DNA of 64,000 nt. Source: Lacunisphaera sp. (GTDB taxonomy: Bacteria > Verrucomicrobiota > Verrucomicrobiia > Opitutales > Opitutaceae). The stretch lies in the NCBI GenBank assembly GCA_035549955.1, contig DASZPS010000071.1, positions 2,840 to 66,839 on the forward strand, in the 5' to 3' direction. Below are positions 47,495-56,351 of this stretch, piece by piece (within the stretch, counting starts at the first letter, position 1; each line of letters starts with the position of its first letter). A model generated the notes under the pieces. The model saw only the letters and a program-made list of their open reading frames with translations, was not told the origin of the DNA and ran no database searches. The position numbers and the translations under genes were made by a program.

Positions 47495-49798
47495 CTACTT
47501 CAATACGCTGAACATGCTCGCATGGTCGTCGGTCCAATCGACGTTGCGGAGCGTCTTGTCTTCGGGATCCAGCGCCTGGGTTTTGAGGCGGGCGGGTTCC
47601 AAGCGGGAGGCGTCTGCGGTGACCAGGATCCAGCGCGAGTGGCAGAGCCACCAGTCCTGCTCAGACACCCGGTCGTCGATGCTGGCGAAAAATAATCCGT
47701 TGTGCCGGGCGAGCGCGGCCACGACGGGCCGCAGGTCAAGGTGGCGATTGGAGACATGTACGGCGAGGATGCCCCCGGGACGCAGGTGCTGCAGATAAAC
47801 CGTCATGGCTTCCCGGGTAAGCAGGTGGACCGGGATGGCGTCGCCGCTGAAGGCATCCAGCGCGAGGACATCGAACTGCTGGCGCTCGCCCCGGCGCAGT
47901 TCGGCCTCCAGCGACAGGCGGGCGTCGCCGGGCACAATCTGGACCTGGCCCGGCGCGTCGTGGAGATAGGTGAAATAGGTGTGCGCCACGCGGACGATGG
48001 CCGGGTCAATTTCGTAGAAGCGCATCCGGTCGCCGGGACGGCAATAGACGGCCAGCGAACCCGCCCCGAGGCCGACCACCCCGATGTGGCGCGGCGGCCC
48101 GGACGTCTCATCCAGGATCCGGCCGATGCCGCTGGTCGGCGCATAGTAGCTGGTGGGCCAGGCGTTCATCGGCGGGTTGCTGAACTGCAACCCATGGGTG
48201 GTTCCGCCATGCGAGAGCAGCACGAACTTGCTGGCCGGGGTGTCGTCATTGTAGACGCGCAGCTTGTAGGCGCCGTAGAAATTGCGCGCCGCGGCGAACA
48301 CGGTTCCGCCCGTGAGCCGGAGTTGCACCAGGAAGAGTTGTCCCACGACGAGCGAGAGCAGGAGCGGCACGATGGCCATGCGCTGGCGCCACTCGCGGCC
48401 GTCGATGCGCCCGCCGTGCCGCAGGGTGATGATGAGAATCGTCACCACGGCGGCCAGGGCCGGCGCCTGGTCGAGGAAGAAACCGCAGATCACGCCCGCC
48501 CAGGAGCCAAACCAGCCACCCACGCTGAGGTTGGTCTGGGCCTGCAGGGCCGGCACCAACACGGTCGCGGCGAGGAGACCAGTTGCCGCTCCCATGGCGA
48601 GGGCAGCGCTGCGCTGCAGCAGGCAGAGTCCCGCCACGAGATTGAGCAGCAAGGCGAGGCCAATTGGCAGTTCGTAGAAGTCGGAAAACAACCAGGGAGC
48701 GAGAACGGCAACGGCCGTGCTGCCCAGCGCGCCGCCCGCCGCGATGGCCAGGTAGTAGGCGGTCAGGCGCTCCGGGGCGGGGCGCAGCCGATGCAGTTCG
48801 CCGTGTGCCACCATGCAGCCACCGAACAAAGTCGCGACATACACGCCGACCTGCACCGCCAGGTTTAATTGCGGGTGGCCCAGGCAATAGATGGTGGCGA
48901 GGCTGCCGGTTGCCAGCAGCGCGGTGTGCCAGCGGGGCGAATACCAGCGCGGGTGATCGAAGCAGAGGATGAAAGTCAGGAGGTAGACGGCCAGCGGCAA
49001 CACCCAGAGGAAAGGAACCGCGGCAATGTCCTGCCCGACCTTGTTCGTCACTGCGGCGAGCAGGAGGGAGGCCATGGCTGGCAACAAAACCCAAAGGGCG
49101 CGACTGGAGCCAGGAACCGGGACCAGGCTCCCGGATTCGGTGTCTTGGGTTGCAGCCGGCGTCGAAGGCCCCGGATGTTTCCCCTCGGGGGCGGCGATCC
49201 CGGCCAAGGGCGCCGGCTCGAACTTCCGCAACTGCCAGGCACAGGCCGCGCCCAGCCCCGCAAAAACCACCAGTCCGGCTGACCATGCGACACTGAGCGT
49301 GGACCGCGAAGCCAGCGGCTCGAACCCGAAGGGGAAGCTCAGCAAGGCCAGGAGCGAACCGGCATTGGACAAGGCATAGAGCCGGTAAGGCGACGCGGGG
49401 CCCCGGCCGAGGCTCGCCCACCGTTGGAGCAGCGGGCCGGTCGCCGACAGCACGAAATACGGCAGCCCGACCGTCGCGGTGAGGACCAGCAGGATGCGGG
49501 CAAGCGGATCGCCGGTGCCAACCGGTTTCCAGCTGTCCCCTGGCTGGACCGGCAGGAAAGCGAGCGAGGCGAGCAACAGCCCAACGTGCACGAGAGCCTG
49601 GCGGCGAAGGGTCAGCCGGGTCGTGAGCCAATGGGCGTACGCGTAGCCGGCGAGCAGGAGGCCCTGGAAAAACAGCAGGCAGGTCGTCCAGACTCCGGGC
49701 CCGCCACCGAACCACGGCAGCAGGAACTTGCCCATCAGCGGCTGGAGTTGAAACAGCAGGAATGCCCCGAGAAATATGGTGGCCGCATGGAGCGCCAT
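47495..49798 (-). CDS. Fused polytopic membrane domain / spermidine synthase-like methyltransferase-fold protein
   Basis: The N-terminal ~480 aa have many TM helices. The C-terminal domain is SpeE-like (GVVGLGAGSLAVY, FYEIDPAIV, DVLALDAFSGDAIPVHLLT, GGILAVHVSN). The start is set at ATG 49798 to avoid the family M repeat. Confidence 0.8.
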   Translation of the reverse strand: MALHAATIFLGAFLLFQLQPLMGKFLLPWFGGGPGVWTTCLLFFQGLLLAGYAYAHWLTTRLTLRRQALVHVGLLLASLAFLPVQPGDSWKPVGTGDPLARILLVLTATVGLPYFVLSATGPLLQRWASLGRGPASPYRLYALSNAGSLLALLSFPFGFEPLASRSTLSVAWSAGLVVFAGLGAACAWQLRKFEPAPLAGIAAPEGKHPGPSTPAATQDTESGSLVPVPGSSRALWVLLPAMASLLLAAVTNKVGQDIAAVPFLWVLPLAVYLLTFILCFDHPRWYSPRWHTALLATGSLATIYCLGHPQLNLAVQVGVYVATLFGGCMVAHGELHRLRPAPERLTAYYLAIAAGGALGSTAVAVLAPWLFSDFYELPIGLALLLNLVAGLCLLQRSAALAMGAATGLLAATVLVPALQAQTNLSVGGWFGSWAGVICGFFLDQAPALAAVVTILIITLRHGGRIDGREWRQRMAIVPLLLSLVVGQLFLVQLRLTGGTVFAAARNFYGAYKLRVYNDDTPASKFVLLSHGGTTHGLQFSNPPMNAWPTSYYAPTSGIGRILDETSGPPRHIGVVGLGAGSLAVYCRPGDRMRFYEIDPAIVRVAHTYFTYLHDAPGQVQIVPGDARLSLEAELRRGERQQFDVLALDAFSGDAIPVHLLTREAMTVYLQHLRPGGILAVHVSNRHLDLRPVVAALARHNGLFFASIDDRVSEQDWWLCHSRWILVTADASRLEPARLKTQALDPEDKTLRNVDWTDDHASMFSVLK

Positions 49799-49813
49799 GG
49801 CACGGGGCGCGCG

Positions 49814-49964
49814 GCTAGCCCGCATATTTCACACTCATTGGTGTGAAACATGCGCCCGGTCGGGCCGACCTTGTCGGGGCCAGCCGCGACAAAGTCGCTC
49901 TGCCCGCAGGGCAGACGGATATTTGCCTAAGAAACATATCCATCGGTGCGAAATACCCGGCCTA
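49814..49964. repeat. Modular intergenic repeat, family M (modules a+b, same orientation as 9024-9177)
   Basis: GCTAGCCCGCATATTTCACAC-tcatt-GGTGTGAAACATGCG... The first ~105 nt are roughly 85-90% identical to the 9.0-kb and 51.4-kb copies by eye; the distal part has diverged. Confidence 0.75.
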
Positions 49965-50684
49965 GTTCACCTTGTAGATCGGGTTGGGCAGCTTGAAGGT
50001 CTTCTTGGCAAAACCGCCCGCGAGGTCGCTGTTCTGGTCGCCGATGTTGAGGATGATGGTGTAGCCTTCGTTGACCAGTTGCTTGCGGATGCGGGTCTTG
50101 AACAGGCGGACCGGTTCTGAGGCCTTGGCCACCGGGCTGGCATCGGGGTCTTCATCCGCCATGAAATAAATGCCGTTCCACGTCTCGTAGCCCACGTCGC
50201 GCAGGTTGCGTTCGGTCGCGGCCCGTTCGCTTTCCTTGCGCGCCGTGATGAAGAAAACGGCGATGCCGCCGCGAATGGCCATGTCGTACACCACCTGCAC
50301 CGGGACAATGGCCTTGGCCTGTGCCGAGCCGATGTAGCGGTGCCACACGGGCGCCACGTAGCCGAAATCATTGGCCATCATGTGCGGGATGTTACTCAGC
50401 GTCGTTTCATCGATGTCGAAGACGACGGCCAGTTTTTCGCCGGGCTTGGCCGGCTTGTTGAGGCGCTTGGCGAGGTATTTGGTGGCCTTCAGGGCGACGG
50501 CGCCGAGGTCCTTGTGGTATTCGCCGCTGTTGATGTAGCGGTAGACTTCCCGCTTGGCGCCGTCGAGGTTCGGAGGCTCAACGGCGTAGTGGCTGGCGGG
50601 CAGGGCCAGGACGGCGGCGAGGGCACCCGCCAGGCGCCAGCGGCGCAGGACAAGCAGGACGACGGCGAGGCGCGGGAGTTTCAT
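49962..50684 (-). CDS. HAD-superfamily class B acid phosphatase (e(P4)/plant acid phosphatase-like), secreted
   Basis: It has a signal peptide. The DDDD motifs are present (VVFDIDETTLSN, FFITARKE, NIGDQNSDLAGG). Confidence 0.8.
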   Translation of the reverse strand: MKLPRLAVVLLVLRRWRLAGALAAVLALPASHYAVEPPNLDGAKREVYRYINSGEYHKDLGAVALKATKYLAKRLNKPAKPGEKLAVVFDIDETTLSNIPHMMANDFGYVAPVWHRYIGSAQAKAIVPVQVVYDMAIRGGIAVFFITARKESERAATERNLRDVGYETWNGIYFMADEDPDASPVAKASEPVRLFKTRIRKQLVNEGYTIILNIGDQNSDLAGGFAKKTFKLPNPIYKVN

Positions 50685-50866
50685 GCGTGCGAGCAAAGCG
50701 AACAGAAAGTGGAAACTCAACCGTGGTTTGTCGGGTGGTGGGATGATCGCGGCGAACCTGGGAAATGGTCCCTGCCGCTGCGGTTCACATCGATCCTGGC
50801 CTGCAGCCTGCCGGTGCGCCACGCGACGAAGGTGGACTTCATGAAATCACTCCGCCCCGAGCAGGC

Positions 50867-51274
50867 CTAGCTGAATTTCTCCTCGATCTCCCGGAAGAAG
50901 GCGCGGGACAGGACGACGAAGGAAGCCTCATCCAGCTCGATCTTGTCGCCGATTCGCAGTTTCAGGATGGAATCGTCCTGCTCGTACTTGATGGTCCGGT
51001 CGGCGGTCAGGATGCCCTCGTGCTGCTGCAGCGAGGTGGCGAGCATGCGCACTTCGTTGAGCGGATTGCCGTCCTTGCCCTCCAGCGCGCGGGCGCGATG
51101 GACGAAGTTGGTTTCAAGGACAAGCACGAGGTGATTGAAGAAATGCGGGGCGAAAGCGGCCGCGGATTTCGCGTCGGCGGTCTTGATCAGTTTTCGGTAG
51201 GAGGCGAGCTGCGCCTCCATTTTTTCGCGGCAGGCGGCGATGTAGTCCTTGGGATATTGCTTGATGCTGAGCAT
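50867..51274 (-). CDS. Hypothetical protein
   Basis: 135 aa from the internal ATG. Codon bias is good, but no motif is recognisable. Confidence 0.45.
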   Translation of the reverse strand: MLSIKQYPKDYIAACREKMEAQLASYRKLIKTADAKSAAAFAPHFFNHLVLVLETNFVHRARALEGKDGNPLNEVRMLATSLQQHEGILTADRTIKYEQDDSILKLRIGDKIELDEASFVVLSRAFFREIEEKFS

Positions 51275-51376
51275 GGCAGGGTGGCTCACTGATAGGCGCG
51301 GCGCGTTCACTGGCAAGCCACCTGTCGGTGGAGATTCCCGTCCGATGCTTTTGACGAGCTTTTTCAAGCCAGTGCC

Positions 51377-51527
51377 GCTAGCCCGGACATTTCACAGTCT
51401 TGGGCGATCCAATCAGCAAAATGTCCGTCCGCCCTCCGGGCGGAGCGACTTTGTCGCGGCGCGCCCCGACAAGGTCGGCCCGACAGGGCGCATATTTCAC
51501 ACCTCTAGGTGTGAAATATGCGGGCTA
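51377..51527. repeat. Modular intergenic repeat, family M (modules b+a, inverted relative to 9024-9177)
   Basis: It is the reverse complement of 9024-9177 with only a few mismatches by eye, including the CATATTTCACACC/GGTGTGAAATATG hairpin. Confidence 0.85.
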
Positions 51528-51538
51528 GAAGAAGGACC

Positions 51539-51928
51539 ATGAAACCCGGTCCCGGTACGGTCGTCCTGCTGCTGGGTGTCACCTTGTGGTCGGCGACCCT
51601 TGCCGCGGAGGAAGCCGGCGCGGGGGCGAAACCACCCCGTACGCGGGTGCAGAATCAGCTGCAGCTATTGCTCCGGGCGGACGCCGGGCGGGACAATCCG
51701 CTGGCGACGAAAACCGCTGGCGTATCCGAATCGATTGTCCTGGCGGAGGAATCCTTGCAGCTCGAGCCGATGGTCATTCGGGAAAAGCCGATCGAGATCC
51801 CTCCGCCCGAGACCAAGGCGGCGTATTTTCTGCGCACGGGAACGGTGTGGGAGAAGGTGGGGCGGACGTTCACCCGGCGATTCTGGGTCGATGGCGGCCG
51901 GGGCGTCGGGTTTACCCTGTCATGGTGA
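51539..51928 (+). CDS. Hypothetical secreted protein
   Basis: It has a signal peptide (VVLLLGVTLWSATLAA) and no recognisable domain. ATG 51539 was chosen because 51518 lies inside the repeat. Confidence 0.45.
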   Translation: MKPGPGTVVLLLGVTLWSATLAAEEAGAGAKPPRTRVQNQLQLLLRADAGRDNPLATKTAGVSESIVLAEESLQLEPMVIREKPIEIPPPETKAAYFLRTGTVWEKVGRTFTRRFWVDGGRGVGFTLSW

Positions 51929-51983
51929 CATGATCTGACACCGGCCCATTACCCGGCCGGTTGCGGCGAGCGCCGCCTGCAAA

Positions 51984-52649
51984 TCAGCGGGCAACCCGGC
52001 GGCGGAAGGCGACGACCCCGAAGAGGGAAATTCCCATCAGGGCCAGCGTCCCGGTCGTGTCGGGCACGGTGTCGACCGAGGTCAGCTGCAAGTCATCGAT
52101 CATGACCGACGAGATGCCTGCCACGCTGAAGCCGTTGCCGGAGAAACTCAGTGACGTAATATTGGCACTCGAGAAACTATAGGTGGCCGGGCTGAACGGC
52201 CCGAGCCCGAAGGGCTCCGAGACCGTGCCGACGACCGACGCACCATCGTAGGCCGTCGCGGACCAGGTGCCCACGAGGTTGTAAGCGATGTTGGCGATGC
52301 GCGTGAACTGGACGCTGGTCAGCGCCGTGGCGAAGTTGAGGGTGAAAGTCCCCCCGTTGGTGGCGGATTGCTGCAACAGAAAATTGTGTCCTGAGGAGGC
52401 ATCGACAACCCCGCTGCCGTAAAAATCCTGGTCGGTGTAGATCATTGGGTTGGACGGCCCCACGCCAGATAGTGAGATACCATAGGATGCCAGGTAGGCG
52501 GTAGGGTCCACGCCCGCGGTACCGGGGCTGACGCTATCAAAATCCTAGGTGACGGTCGAAGCGATCGCTCGGTTCGAGGCGCCGAATGCGAACAAACAAG
52601 CGAGCGCGACGCTGCGCCGGCGGTTGGAAGGGAAGAAGAGTCTATTCAT
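51984..52649 (-). pseudogene. PEP-CTERM sorting-domain protein interrupted by an in-frame TAG four codons after the predicted signal-peptide cleavage site
   Basis: The signal peptide is MNRLFFPSNRRRSVALACLFAFGASNRAIA (from 52649). TAG lies at 52545-52547 in the same frame as the downstream ORF. The C-terminal PEP-CTERM anchor is VPDTTGTLALMGISLFGVVAFRRRVAR. Confidence 0.7.
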
Positions 52650-52986
52650 TGGATGGGGGAGAAACGATGGGTAGATGGGTTTATAGCCAAAATTATGCAT
52701 TAGATATGCCCAAACACCGATACTGCTGGGTAACCTCCTTTGATATGATAGTTTATGATTGTACTTTACTAGCTTACATCCTGCGGCCGGCGGGGTAAAA
52801 CGTAATGAATTCAGACGCTCGCACGTAAAAGCGTACATCGAGCCCAAGTCGCGCCCGCGCCAAAAATTCGGACGAACCCGTATGGGGAAGTGGGTATCAA
52901 CCCCACGCAAGATTCCTTGCCGGCGTGCGTTTCGGCAGTCCGTATTAGACGATGGTGTGCATGCCTGCACGCCCCGTTTTGTACGC

Positions 52987-54960
52987 ATGAGTTCCCAAGA
53001 TTCCCGCAGAGCCCGGCATCCAGCTGCCGAGGCGCTTCCCACGGAGGCGCTTCTGACCGCCGTGATCAATTCCTCCGACGATGCCATTGTCACGAGCGAC
53101 TTGTCGGGCATGATCACGAGCTGGAATCCGGCGGCCGAGCGGATCTTTGGCTACCCGGCCGACGAGGCCATCGGTCAGTCCGCCACGATGTTGTTGCCCC
53201 CCGATCGCGCGGATGAGGAAACGACGATCATGGGCCGGGTCAAAAACGGGGAGCGGGTGGAGCATTTCGATACGGTCCGGCGCCGCAAGGATAGCGCCTT
53301 GATCGATGTCTCCGTTACGGTCTTCCCCATTCGTGAGGCGGACGGGCGGATCATCGGCGCCTCCAAGATCGTCCGCGACATCACTGAACGCCGCCATGGC
53401 AGCCGGTCGGAGCTCTTGCTGGCCGCGATTGTCAGTTCCTCGGACGACGCGATCGCCAGCAAGAACCTGGACGGCATTATCACCAGCTGGAATGCCGGCG
53501 CGCAGCGGATTTTTGGCTACGCGGCGGAGGAGATCGTCGGGCAATCGGTATTGAAACTGATTCCGACGGAACGGCACCACGAGGAAGAGGAAATCCTGGC
53601 GCGGCTGCGGCGGGGGGAGCGGGTGCAATTGTTTGAAACCGTGCGCGTCCGGAAGAACGGCGAGCATTTTCCGGTCTCGTTGACAATTTCCCCGATGAAG
53701 GACCTGCAGGGCCGGATCATCGGGGCATCCAAGATCGCCCGCGACATCACCGAGGCAAAGCGCATCACGGCCGAGCGCGAGCAGTTGCTGGAGAGCGAGC
53801 GGATCGCCCGCGCGCAGGCGGAGCACGCGAACCGGATGAAGGATGACTTTCTCGCCACCATATCCCACGAGCTGCGCACGCCGCTGAATGCCATCGTCGG
53901 CTGGGCGGAGGTCCTGAAGGCCGCCAGCGATCCCGCCGAGGTTGCGCACGGCGTTGAGGTCATCGAGCGCAACGCGCACATCCAGGCCCAGTTGATCGAC
54001 GACCTCCTCGACCTCGGCCGGATCGCCTCCGGCAAGATGACCCTCAACGTCGAGCCGGTGGACCTGCCGGCCATTGTGCGGCAGGCGGTGGCGTCGGTGC
54101 AGCACGCCGCCAACGTCAAGGATATCCAGGTGAAGACAATCCTGCACGATGCGCGCAGCACGATCAATGGCGATGCGAAACGCCTCCAGCAGATCGTCTG
54201 GAACCTCCTGGCCAACGCGGTCAAGTTCACGCCGCGGGGCGGCCGGGTGATCGTCACGGTGGCGCGGACCAACTCGCACCTCGACATCGTCGTTGCGGAC
54301 ACCGGCCAGGGGATCGATCCCAAGTTCATGCCGCACCTGTTCGAGCGCTTCCGGCAGGCTGACGCGTCCACCACGCGCCAGCAGGGGGGCCTCGGCATCG
54401 GGCTCGCGCTGGTGAAGCAGCTGGTTGAAATGCACGCGGGCATCGTGCGGGCGGAAAGTCCCGGCGTCGGGAGCGGCGCGACGTTCACCGTCACGCTGCC
54501 AGTGGCCGCGAGCCACGCGGGCGCTTCCCGCGGTCGTCCGCCACCGGAGCTGACTGAGCCACCGGTGATGGTCGACTTGGCTGGGATCAAGGTCCTCGCC
54601 GTCGACGACGACCGTGACTCGCTCGACGTTATCTGTCGCATCCTCACGGGCCGGAACGCCGAAGTGAAGACGGCGGCATCGGCGGAAGCCGCACTCAAGC
54701 TGTTCCAGGATTTCTCGCCCGACGTCGTGCTGAGTGACATCGGCATGCCCCATCAGGACGGCTACGAACTCATTCGCCGCATGCGGAGGATTCCCAAGGG
54801 CGAAACCGTGCCCGCCGCGGCCCTCACGGCGTTGGCGCGGCCGGACGATCGCATGCGGGCCCTGCAGGCGGGCTTTCAAACCCATGTGGCCAAGCCCGTG
54901 TCGGCGGCCGAGGTCGTGGCCGTCGTCCACAGCCTGGCCAGCGTCCACCGGCCTTTGTAA
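52987..54960 (+). CDS. Hybrid sensor histidine kinase (2x PAS + HisKA + HATPase_c + C-terminal receiver)
   Basis: It has two PAS repeats (SSDDAIVTSDLSGMITSWNPAAERIFGY and SSDDAIASKNLDGIITSWNAGAQRIFGY), an H-box (ISHELRTPLN), an ATPase domain (DTGQGI, GGLGIGL) and a receiver (VLAVDDD, VVLSDIGMPHQDG, HVAKP). Confidence 0.92.
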   Translation: MSSQDSRRARHPAAEALPTEALLTAVINSSDDAIVTSDLSGMITSWNPAAERIFGYPADEAIGQSATMLLPPDRADEETTIMGRVKNGERVEHFDTVRRRKDSALIDVSVTVFPIREADGRIIGASKIVRDITERRHGSRSELLLAAIVSSSDDAIASKNLDGIITSWNAGAQRIFGYAAEEIVGQSVLKLIPTERHHEEEEILARLRRGERVQLFETVRVRKNGEHFPVSLTISPMKDLQGRIIGASKIARDITEAKRITAEREQLLESERIARAQAEHANRMKDDFLATISHELRTPLNAIVGWAEVLKAASDPAEVAHGVEVIERNAHIQAQLIDDLLDLGRIASGKMTLNVEPVDLPAIVRQAVASVQHAANVKDIQVKTILHDARSTINGDAKRLQQIVWNLLANAVKFTPRGGRVIVTVARTNSHLDIVVADTGQGIDPKFMPHLFERFRQADASTTRQQGGLGIGLALVKQLVEMHAGIVRAESPGVGSGATFTVTLPVAASHAGASRGRPPPELTEPPVMVDLAGIKVLAVDDDRDSLDVICRILTGRNAEVKTAASAEAALKLFQDFSPDVVLSDIGMPHQDGYELIRRMRRIPKGETVPAAALTALARPDDRMRALQAGFQTHVAKPVSAAEVVAVVHSLASVHRPL

Positions 54961-55092
54961 CAAACTTACCCGGCAAGGTCAGGTCATCGCGAAAACCGGC
55001 AGGGTGGGGCCCGGCCCCGGGGCAGGCCGGAAGGATTGCATCCATGGCCGGGCCGCCCGGAATCGGCCCTGCCTCGGGCCGTTCGCTGGCTT

Positions 55093-56260
55093 TCAGGTTC
55101 GCGTCAGCCGCACGGTGAGCTGCTCGTAACCGATGGCTCGCTCATAGCGGGGCGTCTTTTCCACCTGCGGGCGGGCCTCGATCACCGTGATCGCGCCAAC
55201 CCGGCGAACCAGGGCATGAAGCAAAGTGCGGAGCAGGAGCCGCGCGTGGGCCGCGCCGAGACATAGATGAGCGCCAAAACCGAACGCGACATGAGGGTTC
55301 GGTTTGCGGTCGAGGCGCACCTCCTGCGGCGACTCGAACACCGTTTCATCCTGGTTGGCGGACGCCCAGCAGAGCGAAACCCGGTCGCCGGCCTTGACCG
55401 TTGCCCCGTGGACATCGGTGTCCACCGGACACACCCGCCCGATGTGTGTGAGCGGGGTGCCGACGCGGAAAAATTCCTCGACGGCCAGGACAATCCGCGC
55501 CGGTTCCGCCCGCAGAAACGCCAAGCTATCGGGCTGCCGTGCGAGGTGCGCGAACACGGACGACACGGTGTGGATGATGGTGTCGCGACCGCCGGCAAAG
55601 GTCAGGTTGGCGAAGCCCATCATTTCCGGGCGTGAGAGCGGCCAGCCGCGAAAGGTGGCCCGGCTGAGTGCGCTGAAAAAATCGGCGCCGTCCCCGCCCG
55701 CGGCCTCGTCGAACTCCCGCTGCAGGTAGGCCTCGAGGGCCGCCCCTTTCTGGCGGCCGTCGCCCTCATGAAACACATGGGTGCCCCAGCTGATCCAGGT
55801 TTCCGCCTTCGCCTCGGGAACGTTGAGGAGATAGGTGAGGGCGCGACTGGAGCGGCAGCGCGAATTCCCGGACGATCTCCACCGCTTCGCGGGCCAATGC
55901 GGCGCGGAGCAACTCGTCAACCAGGGCTTCGACGCGGGCGATCATCGCGGGCTCCCGGGCGCGCTGGAAAAAGGGTTCGACGATCGCCCGGTATTCGGTG
56001 TGGTCCGGCGGGTCGGTTTCGATCGGCAGCTGCCGCATGGAGCGGACGTCCTCCTCGGAGGGAATCGGCACGCGGCAGGGGGCGTCGGAGCTGAATTTCC
56101 GCCAATCCTTCGCCGCCTCGCGCACGTCGCGGTGGCGCAGGATCATCGGGATGGTGTCGCCTTGGAACGGGCAGTCGAGCCGGCCGGCTTCCTGCCGGGC
56201 CTGCCGGAACGGATCGGCCGGATCAGCCGCGCAACGATCCGCTTGGTCGGGGATTTCCAT
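55093..56260 (-). pseudogene. Cytochrome P450 with an apparent 1-nt frameshift near 55838-55850
   Basis: The N-terminal part is in the 55766-56557 frame, up to EFALPLQSR. The C-terminal part is in the 55093-55920 frame, from RALTYLLNVPEAK. Conserved motifs are the I-helix AGGRDTI, ExxR (EEFFR) and the haem loop FGFGAHLCLG. Confidence 0.75.
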
Positions 56261-56351
56261 CTCGGGCGGGATTGGGGGAAAGCATGCACCTCGGCTGGCA
56301 GGATGCAACGCCGCAGGCCGGGGCCGCGCCGGACGCCAGGCAGGCGGCCGG

